DNA of 64,000 nt, from the IMG/VR virus record IMGVR_UViG_3300045988_154892. One strand, given 5' to 3'. The notes under the pieces were generated by a model that was not told the origin of the DNA, did no database searches, and saw nothing but the letters and a program-made list of their open reading frames with translations. Source of the stretch: a virus. Shown piece after piece: positions 8,628-17,941 of the stretch; positions within the stretch are counted from its first letter, which is position 1, and each line of letters starts with the position of its first letter. Position numbers and translations under genes: made by a program.

Positions 8628-8891
8628 ATGGTAAACAAATATGATAACATACAGGACACAACAGATAAAATCTATGAATTTTGCAAAGACTACATTTTTG
8701 AGCATGGTTATGCTCCGTCTTATGACGAGATTGGAAAAGGTGTTGGAATTAAAAGCAAAGGCACTATCCATTGTAATATGCATAAATTATTGAAAGAAGG
8801 TAGAATTGCAACAGATTTAAAAGAACTTGCGTCCAGAGGGTTCCGTATTTCTGGTTATATTATCATGCCGATAGGTGTAGATAAAAGATGA
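8628..8891 (+). CDS. LexA N-terminal DNA-binding-domain-like protein without a peptidase domain
   Basis: HGYAPSYDEIGKGVGIKSKGTIHCNMHKLLKEGRI parallels the B. subtilis LexA wHTH GYPPSVREIGEAVGL..STVHGHLARLETKGLI (from memory); only 87 aa. Confidence 0.65.
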   Translation: MVNKYDNIQDTTDKIYEFCKDYIFEHGYAPSYDEIGKGVGIKSKGTIHCNMHKLLKEGRIATDLKELASRGFRISGYIIMPIGVDKR

Positions 8892-9073
8892 GTAAGACAA
8901 GAGAAACACCATGCTTATATTATATTTGTGCAGGACAATGTAGTAAAGGGAGAGAAGCAGATCACAATCATTATTGTCAACATTGTGATAAATATAGGCC
9001 ACGAGCAAAAGTACGACACATCAATCAAAAGAAAGAAAAATTGAATAAAATCAGAAAGGAGGAACGTTATTAA
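8888..9073 (+). CDS. small Cys/His-rich basic protein
   Basis: ATGA overlap with upstream gene; several Cys/His, Lys/Arg-rich tail; followed by a terminator. Confidence 0.45.
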   Translation: MSKTRETPCLYYICAGQCSKGREADHNHYCQHCDKYRPRAKVRHINQKKEKLNKIRKEERY

Positions 9074-9099
9074 CCGGTACAGAAATGTGCCGGTTTTTT
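9072..9099 (+). terminator. rho-independent terminator
   Basis: 9-bp stem AACCGGTAC / GTGCCGGTT, 6-nt loop, T6. Confidence 0.8.
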
Positions 9100-9120
9100 G
9101 TTGCAAAGAAAGGAGAATAT

Positions 9121-9423
9121 ATGAAAAGAAAAACGTTCAAAGAATATTGTCAAACAGATGTGCGTAAGTTCGAGAATTTAGAAAAGAAATGGAACCTAAC
9201 ACAAACAAGTATAAGAAAAAAGTTGATTAGGTATGTAGAACTATATGGATATGATTTGTCGGAATCAGATATGGAGTTCACCAGGGAGTGGGTGATTGAA
9301 AGTGCTTATAATGTTTTGAAATTAAATCATCAGTTCGATGAAGAATTTAAAAGCCAAAACAAAAATATGGAAATTTCAGAAGAGGAGTTAGAGCTGATGC
9401 TTCCGTCATACATTTTTGAATAG
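9121..9423 (+). CDS. hypothetical protein
   Basis: ATG behind AAAGGAGAATA; start moved from 9085, which lies inside the terminator. Confidence 0.5.
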   Translation: MKRKTFKEYCQTDVRKFENLEKKWNLTQTSIRKKLIRYVELYGYDLSESDMEFTREWVIESAYNVLKLNHQFDEEFKSQNKNMEISEEELELMLPSYIFE

Positions 9424-9446
9424 TTTAATTTTAGGAGGAAGATATT

Positions 9447-9539
9447 ATGTCACTTGAATATGCCGTTGGATACTATGGAACCTTTGTCGCAATTGGGGTC
9501 ATTATTATTATAATTATTGCTGCGATTGCCGATTTATGA
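9447..9539 (+). CDS. 30-aa hydrophobic peptide
   Basis: ATG behind TAGGAGG; Ile/Val/Ala-rich core. Confidence 0.35.
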   Translation: MSLEYAVGYYGTFVAIGVIIIIIIAAIADL

Positions 9540-9552
9540 TTGGAGGAATAAA

Positions 9553-10557
9553 ATGAATGAAAGAGTACAGACAGGCTTAGAGGAAGAAAAACTTAAATAT
9601 AAACGAAAAATCGAAAACATTATGAAAGGGAAGTCTAAGAATCTACAAGACTTCCTTTTATATATGCATGATTTATCAGAAAAGACAAAATATGTTTACA
9701 TGTGTGATGTATTAAAATTTCTAAAGTTCACAGGAAAAGAAAAAGAAGAAGATCTTGAACTGAGAGATTTTGTATCCTATATGGCAAAAATACAAGATAA
9801 AGACAATGGATTAGAAACAGTTTCTTCTTATCAAATTGCAGTTTATTCTGCACTAAAACTTTTTTCAAAATGTATGTTTGCATATAAAATTTTTTCGAAA
9901 AATTATATGGAAGAAATTGCGAAGCCAAAAAAGAGAGAGCAACAGAGAACAATAGAAAGAAGAGAAAAGAGTTATTTGACTCCAGAAGAAACACAAACGT
10001 ATCTTTATAATGTAGACCATAAGCTAACAGGGAAAACAAGGAAACCATCAGCTATTTGGTCACAAAGAGATATTGCAGTTATAAAACTTTTTCTTTCTAC
10101 AGGCGTGCGTTGTGCAGCGTTATCTAATATGGATATAGAAAACTTAAATATGGATAAAGGAACTTTGATTGTAACAGACAAGGGGAAAAAAGTTCATACA
10201 TTCATTTTAATTCCGAAAGTTTTAGATGAATTGCAGAAATGGTTAGCATACAGAGATCAACTTGTAACAGTACGCGATACACCAGCTCTATTTCTTGGGA
10301 AAACCGGAAAGAGATTGTCAACAAGTGCAATTTCGGATATTACAAAAAAATATGCTTGTAATATAAAAGGAAAAACAATTAGTCCACATAAACTAAGGGC
10401 AACATATGGTACTACATTGTACAACGCAACGGGTGATATTGTGCTTGTACAGAAAAATTTACATCATGCATCAATTAATACAACGCTGTTATATGTAAGA
10501 GGAATGGAAGAAAAAGCACAAAAAGAATCTGTAGAAATCATGAAAAATATTATCTAA
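9553..10557 (+). CDS. tyrosine recombinase / phage integrase family
   Basis: C-terminal catalytic region HKLRATYGTTLY ... LHHASINTTLLYV (R..H-x-x-R..H..Y pattern); ATG behind TTGGAGG. Confidence 0.85.
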   Translation: MNERVQTGLEEEKLKYKRKIENIMKGKSKNLQDFLLYMHDLSEKTKYVYMCDVLKFLKFTGKEKEEDLELRDFVSYMAKIQDKDNGLETVSSYQIAVYSALKLFSKCMFAYKIFSKNYMEEIAKPKKREQQRTIERREKSYLTPEETQTYLYNVDHKLTGKTRKPSAIWSQRDIAVIKLFLSTGVRCAALSNMDIENLNMDKGTLIVTDKGKKVHTFILIPKVLDELQKWLAYRDQLVTVRDTPALFLGKTGKRLSTSAISDITKKYACNIKGKTISPHKLRATYGTTLYNATGDIVLVQKNLHHASINTTLLYVRGMEEKAQKESVEIMKNII

Positions 10558-10566
10558 ACATCAACG

Positions 10567-10596
10567 AGGCGGTAGACTTTCTGTTTACCGCCTTAT
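10567..10596 (+). terminator. terminator candidate
   Basis: 8-bp stem AGGCGGTA / TACCGCCT, weak T tail. Confidence 0.5.
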
Positions 10597-10613
10597 CAAG
10601 AAAGGAAATTATT

Positions 10614-11579
10614 ATGGTACAAATTTTAGAATTATTCGGTGGAATTGGAAGTCCACGGTGCGCATTACGGAATATCGGTATTCCTGTTAAATCAATTGAT
10701 TATGTTGAAATTGACGAAGCAGCAGTTAGATCATATAATGCAATGTTCAAAAGTGAACTGCCGTATAAAACGCAAACAGTGGTCGGATATAACCTACGCC
10801 CAGATATTCTAATACATGGTTCTCCCTGCCAGGACATGTCTGTTGCTGGACATCAAGGAACAGCCACCGGAAATGGAAGGACAAATCATGGAGCTGGCGC
10901 AGAAGAAGGGTCTGGAACAAGATCGAGTCTTATGTGGGAAACAATTAATATTATTAAACAGATGGGAGAATGGAAACCAAAATATGTGATTTGGGAAAAT
11001 GTTAAAAATGTCAGAAGTAAATATATGGTACATAATCACGACAGATATATGGAAGAATTAAGTAAACTTGGATATACAAGTACATATGAACTATTAGACG
11101 CAAGAGAGTTTGGTATTCCACAAGCAAGAGAACGTTATTTCACTGTAAGCTGTTTAAAAGGAAAGGAATTTGATTTTTCTGATTTGATTAGAACGCCAAT
11201 GAAAAACATTCATGAATTTTTGGAACAGAAAGTTGATCCAGTATATGAGGTAACACAACCGAGCATTCTGGAATGTATTGGCGCATCCGGAATCAGAAGA
11301 GCAACCGTAATTGACCAATATGCTTATACAATCACGACGCGACAGGATCGGACACCTGCACAGGTAATTGACTTACATAATGGAAAATACAGATATCTTA
11401 CAGAAAGAGAATGCTGGCGACTTATGGGATATACGGATCAGGATTATGAAGCAGCTGCATCTGTCCAACAGAAACGAGGAAGATATAAAATGGCATTATA
11501 TAAACAAGCTGGCAATAGTATTTGTGTTCCAATTTTTGAAAGCCTGTTTAGAAAAATTTTGTTGGGTGAAACCGCATAG
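10614..11579 (+). CDS. dcm: DNA (cytosine-5)-methyltransferase
   Basis: Motif I ELFGGIGS, motif IV GSPCQDMS, ENVKNV, QAGNSICVP. Confidence 0.9.
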   Translation: MVQILELFGGIGSPRCALRNIGIPVKSIDYVEIDEAAVRSYNAMFKSELPYKTQTVVGYNLRPDILIHGSPCQDMSVAGHQGTATGNGRTNHGAGAEEGSGTRSSLMWETINIIKQMGEWKPKYVIWENVKNVRSKYMVHNHDRYMEELSKLGYTSTYELLDAREFGIPQARERYFTVSCLKGKEFDFSDLIRTPMKNIHEFLEQKVDPVYEVTQPSILECIGASGIRRATVIDQYAYTITTRQDRTPAQVIDLHNGKYRYLTERECWRLMGYTDQDYEAAASVQQKRGRYKMALYKQAGNSICVPIFESLFRKILLGETA

Positions 11580-11648
11580 AAAAACTATGTTATTGCTAAG
11601 GAATATGATATAATATAAATAATTATATAAAAATTGGAGGAAAATAGA

Positions 11649-11957
11649 ATGGGAGAATATTATAATACAATTATTTTACGACATGCTGAAGGATCTTATA
11701 CGAAAAAACAGTTCAAAAATTACTCTGAAGGAGATTGTATTTATGGACCAAATACTGATCCAGAAGAATTAAAACGATGGACATACGATCAGCTCAATGA
11801 AGCAAAAGCAGAATTGGCAAAATATAAATGTACATATGACGAGCATTCTGATTGCGTTGATGTAGAAGAATATGCACTTGAATATTGTGACACAAATACA
11901 GATGGAGAATTTGTGAATGGTTCAGATTACGATTTAGCGGAAAGAGAGGAAGTGTAA
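11649..11957 (+). CDS. hypothetical protein
   Basis: ATG behind TTGGAGG. Confidence 0.5.
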   Translation: MGEYYNTIILRHAEGSYTKKQFKNYSEGDCIYGPNTDPEELKRWTYDQLNEAKAELAKYKCTYDEHSDCVDVEEYALEYCDTNTDGEFVNGSDYDLAEREEV

Positions 11958-12005
11958 TATGTCAAAACCTATGAGTTATTGTTCTGAATTGTGGAGGTGA
12001 TTAAA

Positions 12006-12596
12006 ATGGACATAAAAGAAATAGTAGAGTTCATAAAACTGATTCCATCAGTCGTAAAAATGATTAAAAAGGGTAGAGAATATAATTACAACATGTATAT
12101 ACAAAAAGTATATAACGAGACAAGAGATATCGTAAATAATTATTTTAAAATATTAAATGATACAAAACATTTCTTGGAAGATCGTCAGAAAACTTTAGAC
12201 GAAATAATAATATTCTTAGAAAACAAAAGAGTTGATTTTCGGACAATTAGATGCGAAGTTAGAACAATTGTTAGTATGGATAATTTTTATTTAAAGAATG
12301 AAGATTATTCTAATTTTATGAGAGGAGTATTAGGAGTACTACAGGGTGGTTTAGAAAGTAATATATTAACAGATAGAGGAGTTGAGAATGTATACCATAA
12401 TCATACTATAAATGATATTATTGAAGAATGTAAAAGAAAAAAAGAATACGAAAATGATTCAAATTTGATTAAATTAAATTTGGAATTAAATGATGCCATA
12501 GAGGAACAAGAAATAGAACTTCAAAAATCTTGGAATTTGGTATGCGAAAGTTATATCAAAATTAGTCGAAAATTACCAAATAGATTAAATAATTAA
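12006..12596 (+). CDS. hypothetical protein
   Basis: ATG behind GTGGAGGTG. Confidence 0.5.
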   Translation: MDIKEIVEFIKLIPSVVKMIKKGREYNYNMYIQKVYNETRDIVNNYFKILNDTKHFLEDRQKTLDEIIIFLENKRVDFRTIRCEVRTIVSMDNFYLKNEDYSNFMRGVLGVLQGGLESNILTDRGVENVYHNHTINDIIEECKRKKEYENDSNLIKLNLELNDAIEEQEIELQKSWNLVCESYIKISRKLPNRLNN

Positions 12597-12612
12597 AAGT
12601 TAAGAGAATTTA

Positions 12613-12659
12613 ATATGTAGAAACTAATACAATAATGTGTACAGTTTCTACATATTTTT
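12613..12659 (+). terminator. rho-independent terminator
   Basis: 13-bp perfect stem ATATGTAGAAACT / AGTTTCTACATAT, T5 tail. Confidence 0.8.
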
Positions 12660-12675
12660 GATTAGAGGTGATACA

Positions 12676-13281
12676 ATGTTAGATGCAATAGAGTTTAAAG
12701 CCGATAGGTTTAAAAAAAGAAGATAATTATAATCTGATTGAATTTACCGAAAACACAGTTATTTTGTGTAGTGATTACAAACTTATGGATACACTAACGA
12801 AAGAAATAATCAATACAGTGAATGGTAAAGCAGAATATAACGATTATTACTGTGATGATGAAGACGAGGAGGAAAGCAAAATTAGATTTATGTTTTGGTT
12901 TACAGCGAATAATTGATATAAATGGACAGAAGATTACAATTGGTCTGGAGCCAGCAATCATTTACAAAGCAAATAAACCAGAAGACATATGGCTTTTTTA
13001 CTTAGCAAGGATGTGATGAGATTGAATCATTTCCTAAATATGAAGAATATATTTACCCTATGTTGATATTTAAAGGTAGTAAAAGTACATGGAACGATGG
13101 CAAGGATGCTGTGTACCAAACTATATGTAATGGAAGATATGGTTGTTATAATGGAAAATGGATTGATTTTGCCGAAAAATTATTTTACGAAGAAACAGCG
13201 AAAAGATTTTTCGATCAGATGAATATAAATTCTAATGAAACCAAGTTTTCATGTGGAGTGGAAAGGAGAATATATAAATGA
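12676..13281 (+). pseudogene. frame-interrupted ORF chain (up to three +1 breaks) or several start-less short ORFs
   Basis: ATG 12676 behind AGAGGTG stops at 12724; protein-like coding continues in +1 frame to 12914, again +1 to 13014, again +1 to 13281. Confidence 0.4.
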
Positions 13282-13484
13282 GAATTATTAATGCATATGG
13301 ATATGATGTGACAGGCTCAGAAGATATTTTAAATGAAATAGAGACTGATTTAAAAAATAAACAAGTGACGATTAATTGGAGCAATTTTAAGAATGGAGAT
13401 GTTCTTTGGAATCATAATGGAAATACAAAATTCTTTGTTGCAATAGATCATGAAAATAAAATGGTTGTATTGGATGAGAAGTAG
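13278..13484 (+). CDS. hypothetical protein
   Basis: ATG behind AAAGGAGAATA; ATGA overlap. Confidence 0.5.
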   Translation: MRIINAYGYDVTGSEDILNEIETDLKNKQVTINWSNFKNGDVLWNHNGNTKFFVAIDHENKMVVLDEK

Positions 13485-13523
13485 CATAAGAAATCTAAGT
13501 TTCATGAAGATGGAGAATATTAT

Positions 13524-13715
13524 ATGGAGAAAAGAGTATATATTCCATTATGGTTAGCCTTAAAACAGGCGCGTGAAGCCTATGGCTATCCGAAAGACTA
13601 CGGCATCTGTGCTTGCTATGATGTAGAAAACATGGGTTGGTGCAAAGACGAAGTAACACGTTGGTATCACTTTACTGCTGTAGACGGTACGCCAGCCTAC
13701 ACATTAAAACGATGA
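13524..13715 (+). CDS. hypothetical protein
   Basis: ATG behind ATGGAGAATA. Confidence 0.5.
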   Translation: MEKRVYIPLWLALKQAREAYGYPKDYGICACYDVENMGWCKDEVTRWYHFTAVDGTPAYTLKR

Positions 13716-13752
13716 ATTAAGAACTTCAATAATAAAAAGAAAGGAAAACAAT

Positions 13753-13932
13753 ATGAATGTGATTTGGTGTGGAAGATGTGGGGCAGCAATTGGAGATTAC
13801 TATTCGCCAGATTGGATTAAAAAACTGAAAGCGATGTCAAAAGATTGGACGCATGATGATAATTATAGAGTATTATATCCGCAATGCAGAAAAGAATTAA
13901 AAAAAGAAATCAAGTTTTCAGGATGTATTTAA
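13753..13932 (+). CDS. small zinc-ribbon-like protein, 59 aa
   Basis: CGRCG near the N-terminus and a late Cys; AAAGGA SD. Confidence 0.4.
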   Translation: MNVIWCGRCGAAIGDYYSPDWIKKLKAMSKDWTHDDNYRVLYPQCRKELKKEIKFSGCI

Positions 13933-14147
13933 TGGATAAATGTAAATGGTGCAATACAGAACTATACAAAGAAGAATATTATGGAGACGCCGCCTTTGAT
14001 ATGGAACAACAAATAGAAGAAGATGATTATACACGTTTGTCCATGTTGTGGAATTCTAAAACAAATAAATTTGGGTTATACGCAGGTGGAGAAAGTGAAG
14101 CAGTTGCAAATATTAAATACTGCCCTAAGTGCGGAAGAAAGTTATGA
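13932..14147 (+). CDS. small zinc-ribbon protein
   Basis: CKWC ... CPKCG; TAATG overlap with upstream gene; start moved from 13884. Confidence 0.5.
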   Translation: MDKCKWCNTELYKEEYYGDAAFDMEQQIEEDDYTRLSMLWNSKTNKFGLYAGGESEAVANIKYCPKCGRKL

Positions 14148-14164
14148 AAGATCGAGGTGATGTT

Positions 14165-14377
14165 ATGGAATATGCAATCGCATATAATGATAAATCTGGA
14201 AATGGGTTCACCAAAACAGAGCCATGGGTTTTAGATGATTTTGATAACCGAAAGGAATGTATAAAGAAAGCGAATGAGTTGATCAGATCTGGTTATAAGA
14301 ATGTAACTGTTTTTGGCTATGATGAATCGGTTCCAGAGTGTATTGATTGGGATTATGTAAAACAGCATCAAATTTAA
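14165..14377 (+). CDS. hypothetical protein
   Basis: ATG behind CGAGGTG. Confidence 0.5.
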   Translation: MEYAIAYNDKSGNGFTKTEPWVLDDFDNRKECIKKANELIRSGYKNVTVFGYDESVPECIDWDYVKQHQI

Positions 14378-14462
14378 GAGTTATCTGCTTTATGAAAAAA
14401 TAATAAATCAAATGGAGAATATAACAATGTAATAATTGTTATATTTGAAAGGAGATTTTTAT

Positions 14463-15236
14463 TTGATTAATAAAGAATGTTATGTCGGAGAAGTAAAGTA
14501 TAATAACAATGGAACACAAATGGTAATTATTAGTGTGAAAAGTAAAAGCGATATAAATGTGCAATTTCTTGATTACCATAAATACATAAAAAGACACGTT
14601 TTGTATCGAAATTTTATATTAGGACAAGTAAAAAATCCATATGACATAACGGTATATACTGCTGGTTATTTAGGAGTTGGAGAGCACAAAGTATCTATTC
14701 ATCAGGTAATTACAGATGTATATAAATCGTGGTCTTCAATGTTGAGGCGATGTTATTCAGAAAATAGTGCTCATATGAATCGAACATATTTTAACAAAGT
14801 AAAAGTATGTGACGAATGGCATAATTTTCAAAATTTTGGCGATTGGTATGAAGAAAATAAATATGAGTGTAAAGGTAGATTACATGTAGATAAGGATATT
14901 CTTTTCCCAGGCAATAAAATTTACAGCCCAAATACTTGTATCTTGGTGCCTCAAAATATCAACGCGTTATTTATTAACAGCCCTAATAAAAATGGTTTAC
15001 CAAATGGAGTAAGAAAGATAGCAAAAGGTAAATATGAAGCAATTTTTAATTCTAATGTTTATGGTAAATATGATACAGTAGAAGAAGCTTATAAAATACA
15101 TGCAAAAGAAAAGAAAAAATACATATTAAATATTGTGTACAATTCAAAAGAAAAATTGCCGGAAAAATTAATCACGGCAATAGAAAAATTTGAATTTAAA
15201 ATAGAAAATGATGTTAATTATAGGGAGGTGACATAA
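14463..15236 (+). CDS. homing-endonuclease-like protein with AP2-type DNA-binding segment
   Basis: VDKDILFPGNKIYSPNTCILVPQNIN resembles phage HNH_3-type endonucleases; GVRKIAKGKYEAIF..YGKYDTVEEAYKIH resembles an AP2 domain; TTG behind AAAGGAG. Confidence 0.5.
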   Translation: MINKECYVGEVKYNNNGTQMVIISVKSKSDINVQFLDYHKYIKRHVLYRNFILGQVKNPYDITVYTAGYLGVGEHKVSIHQVITDVYKSWSSMLRRCYSENSAHMNRTYFNKVKVCDEWHNFQNFGDWYEENKYECKGRLHVDKDILFPGNKIYSPNTCILVPQNINALFINSPNKNGLPNGVRKIAKGKYEAIFNSNVYGKYDTVEEAYKIHAKEKKKYILNIVYNSKEKLPEKLITAIEKFEFKIENDVNYREVT

Positions 15237-15434
15237 ATGCATACATTTGGAGGAAAAGCAGTAAGAATACACCATAATGGAGATTACAGTGGTAATTGCT
15301 TCATTTATGATAAAGAAAAAGATATAGAAATAGAAATTCCATGTGATGATCTGCTGAATTTTGCTGCAGAATATGTCAGAAAAAAGAGACTTTGTGAAAT
15401 AGAAAACATGGATTTAGAAGATCTGCTAAAATGA
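15237..15434 (+). CDS. hypothetical protein
   Basis: ATG behind AGGGAGGTG. Confidence 0.45.
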   Translation: MHTFGGKAVRIHHNGDYSGNCFIYDKEKDIEIEIPCDDLLNFAAEYVRKKRLCEIENMDLEDLLK

Positions 15435-15467
15435 CGATTTCTTGGTAAATAGAATGGAGATGATTAA

Positions 15468-16268
15468 ATGGCGAGAAAGAAAGTAAATAAAGAATTAACC
15501 ATAGAAGAACAGTTACAGAAAGAAAGAGAAAATGGATTAAGCTTTATTAAAGATGAAGTACCACATTTGAATGAGCCAACTTATAGATTTGAAGTTGGAG
15601 ATAAGGTAAAATATGGTGCATTAAAGGATTGTACAGTAAAAGAAGTGTTATATGATGGAAGGGTGTATGGTTTACATTGTATTGCTACTGAAGAAAATTA
15701 TGGAAATCCTTATGATAGAGAAGTATATAGAGTTGCTGGATGGACTAGCGTTAGACCGTTTACTAATGGGGATTCAAAATTTAGCAAGAATCAGGATGTA
15801 AAAATTAATTTTAATAATTCAATGATCGAATCTCTTATTCACAAGTATTATGCTTTTGGCGTAGATATGAATCCTGAATATCAGAGAGGGTATGTTTGGG
15901 AATTAGAAGATAAACAGTTACTTATAGATAGTATTTTTAATAATATTGATATAGGTAAATTTGCTTTTATTCATTTGGATGATAAGAAATGGGCTGAGAC
16001 AGGTAATGGATATGAAATACTTGATGGTAAGCAGAGATTAAGCACAATTATTGATTTTTATGAGAATAGATTTCCATATAACGGAGTTTATTACAATGAC
16101 TTATCGGCTAAAGATAAAAATGTTTTCTTAAACCATCATATTGTGCAAGGAGAAGTAAGAGAAGCAGATAGAAAGGTAGTATTAAAATATTTCCTAATGC
16201 TTAATAAAACTGGAAAGTCAATGGATCAGTCGCAGCTTGATAAAGTTGAGAAAATGTTAGAAGAATAA
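15468..16268 (+). CDS. DUF262 (ParB/GmrSD N-terminal-like) domain protein
   Basis: PEYQRGYVW ... ILDGKQRLSTI (DGQQR-type motif). Confidence 0.75.
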   Translation: MARKKVNKELTIEEQLQKERENGLSFIKDEVPHLNEPTYRFEVGDKVKYGALKDCTVKEVLYDGRVYGLHCIATEENYGNPYDREVYRVAGWTSVRPFTNGDSKFSKNQDVKINFNNSMIESLIHKYYAFGVDMNPEYQRGYVWELEDKQLLIDSIFNNIDIGKFAFIHLDDKKWAETGNGYEILDGKQRLSTIIDFYENRFPYNGVYYNDLSAKDKNVFLNHHIVQGEVREADRKVVLKYFLMLNKTGKSMDQSQLDKVEKMLEE

Positions 16269-16273
16269 CCCAA

Positions 16274-16289
16274 TGAAAAATTGCTTTCA
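16274..16289 (+). repeat. junction motif TGAAA-N6-TTTCA
   Basis: TGAAAAATTGCTTTCA; AAAGGA SD downstream. Confidence 0.65.
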
Positions 16290-16309
16290 ATGTAAAGGAT
16301 GCGAATAAT

Positions 16310-16537
16310 ATGACATATGAAGAAACACAAAAAATCAAACATTTACGAGAAGTGACTTCTGTTATGGTTGAGGAATCATCAAATGGAATTGAATGTACTA
16401 AAAATAGATTTGGAAACAGAACTATGGATGGCTGTAAAAATGTAACTTTTGAAAAGATTGAGTTATCAAAAATTGACAATGATATTCCTCAGATAAGAAG
16501 AGAATATTATGGGAAAAATCTATGGGTAATGTTATGA
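16310..16537 (+). CDS. hypothetical protein
   Basis: ATG behind AAAGGATG. Confidence 0.45.
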   Translation: MTYEETQKIKHLREVTSVMVEESSNGIECTKNRFGNRTMDGCKNVTFEKIELSKIDNDIPQIRREYYGKNLWVML

Positions 16538-16574
16538 GATTAAGTTGTTTTTAATATAGAATGGAGATGATTAT

Positions 16575-16838
16575 ATGAAAAGAATTAAAATGAAAAATAA
16601 TACAACAAAATTTGTGTGGGATGGAGATAACTGCGTAGATAAGTACACAGAGCTTATAGAACAGTATTATTACGACTCAAAAGAAGAAAGAATGGAGCAT
16701 AAAAAAGAAATGGAATCAAATGGATGGAATGATTCTGGTCAGGTTATGGAAATGGTAAGTGGTTCTTTAATGCCAGGGGCGAAAAATCCTCCTGTACATG
16801 TCTGGTTTGGAAGTTATTATAAAACAATTAGAGAGTAG
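16575..16838 (+). CDS. hypothetical protein
   Basis: ATG behind ATGGAGATGATTA, the same leader as 15468. Confidence 0.5.
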   Translation: MKRIKMKNNTTKFVWDGDNCVDKYTELIEQYYYDSKEERMEHKKEMESNGWNDSGQVMEMVSGSLMPGAKNPPVHVWFGSYYKTIRE

Positions 16839-16868
16839 ATGAAAGATTTCACTAAGGAGGTGTAGATT

Positions 16869-17045
16869 ATGAGAGAATCAGAAGTGAAAAATATTATAGC
16901 TGTTGAGATTTTAGATAGAATGAATGACCAAGGAGGAGCTTCTGTATTAAGAGAAATTTTATTTAATCCAGAAAATAAAATTGATTGGGAAAATATTGGA
17001 AGTAACGCTATTCAAAAGCATATGCCAGAATTAAAAATGTTTTAG
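16869..17045 (+). CDS. hypothetical 58-aa protein
   Basis: ATG behind TAAGGAGGTG; short-spacer motif TGAAAGATTTCA at 16840-16851. Confidence 0.4.
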   Translation: MRESEVKNIIAVEILDRMNDQGGASVLREILFNPENKIDWENIGSNAIQKHMPELKMF

Positions 17046-17078
17046 TATGAGAAATTGCTTTTATTAAGAGGTAATATA

Positions 17079-17354
17079 ATGTGGAAAAGGAATTTAGATA
17101 TATTTCCTGGTGAATGGTTTGGAACAGAACACGAGGAAGAATTAAAAAAAGAATTGGAAATTGGAGATTATGCAAAAGTAATTGTTGATTCACAATTCTA
17201 CGATAAATGTTTAGATGGCAATAAATGCCAAAGACTTTTTGGCATGGTTGGAAAAGTAATTGAAATTGACACATCAGATGAATGGTCATATCAATTATGT
17301 TTTGAAAATGGAATGACTAACTGGTTTAAACGATATATTTTAGAAAAACGATGA
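17079..17354 (+). CDS. hypothetical protein
   Basis: ATG behind AAGAGGT; start moved from 17055. Confidence 0.5.
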   Translation: MWKRNLDIFPGEWFGTEHEEELKKELEIGDYAKVIVDSQFYDKCLDGNKCQRLFGMVGKVIEIDTSDEWSYQLCFENGMTNWFKRYILEKR

Positions 17355-17367
17355 AAGATTGTTTTCA
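17352..17367 (+). repeat. junction motif TGAAA-N6-TTTCA
   Basis: TGAAAGATTGTTTTCA; its TGA is the upstream stop codon. Confidence 0.7.
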
Positions 17368-17385
17368 AAAGGCAGGTGAAATGTT

Positions 17386-17637
17386 GTGACTGAAGCAGAT
17401 ATTAACAAATATGTTGTCGAAGAAATGGGATATGCAGAAGAGCAAGAAGATAAAATTTCCATTAGGCTTGATTTATCAAATGGAGAATCTGTAGAAATCT
17501 GGTTTGACGAATATAATGATTGTTATACCTGGAGCAATGCCTCCTATGGATACGAAGATACTTATGCAGTAGTACAAGATATTTGCGAATGGATGGAAGA
17601 TAATTTATTAGAAGTAATAAATATAGAAACCGTATAA
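17386..17637 (+). CDS. hypothetical acidic protein
   Basis: GTG behind GGCAGGTG. Confidence 0.5.
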   Translation: MTEADINKYVVEEMGYAEEQEDKISIRLDLSNGESVEIWFDEYNDCYTWSNASYGYEDTYAVVQDICEWMEDNLLEVINIETV

Positions 17638-17672
17638 TAATTAATATAGACAACAAAAGGAAGAAACAAAAT

Positions 17673-17927
17673 ATGGATAATATAATTTATATGTTTGACA
17701 TTCCGTTATTTACATATGATGGATATGCAGATGTGATGGAAGATGGAACTCAGTATCAAGCACTTGAATGGAAACTGATTGACATGGAAAAATATAACGG
17801 AAAATATGTTGTGGTTGGTTTTGATGGATCGTTGAGAATTTATGAAGCTGAAGGCGAAAAATTGTTTGAAGGTTCATTACTTGATTCAAAAGATTTTGTT
17901 TGGCATCTGAAAAATAAAATTAAATAA
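17673..17927 (+). CDS. hypothetical protein
   Basis: ATG behind AAAGGAAG. Confidence 0.5.
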   Translation: MDNIIYMFDIPLFTYDGYADVMEDGTQYQALEWKLIDMEKYNGKYVVVGFDGSLRIYEAEGEKLFEGSLLDSKDFVWHLKNKIK

Positions 17928-17941
17928 AAGGAAGTAAAAGC

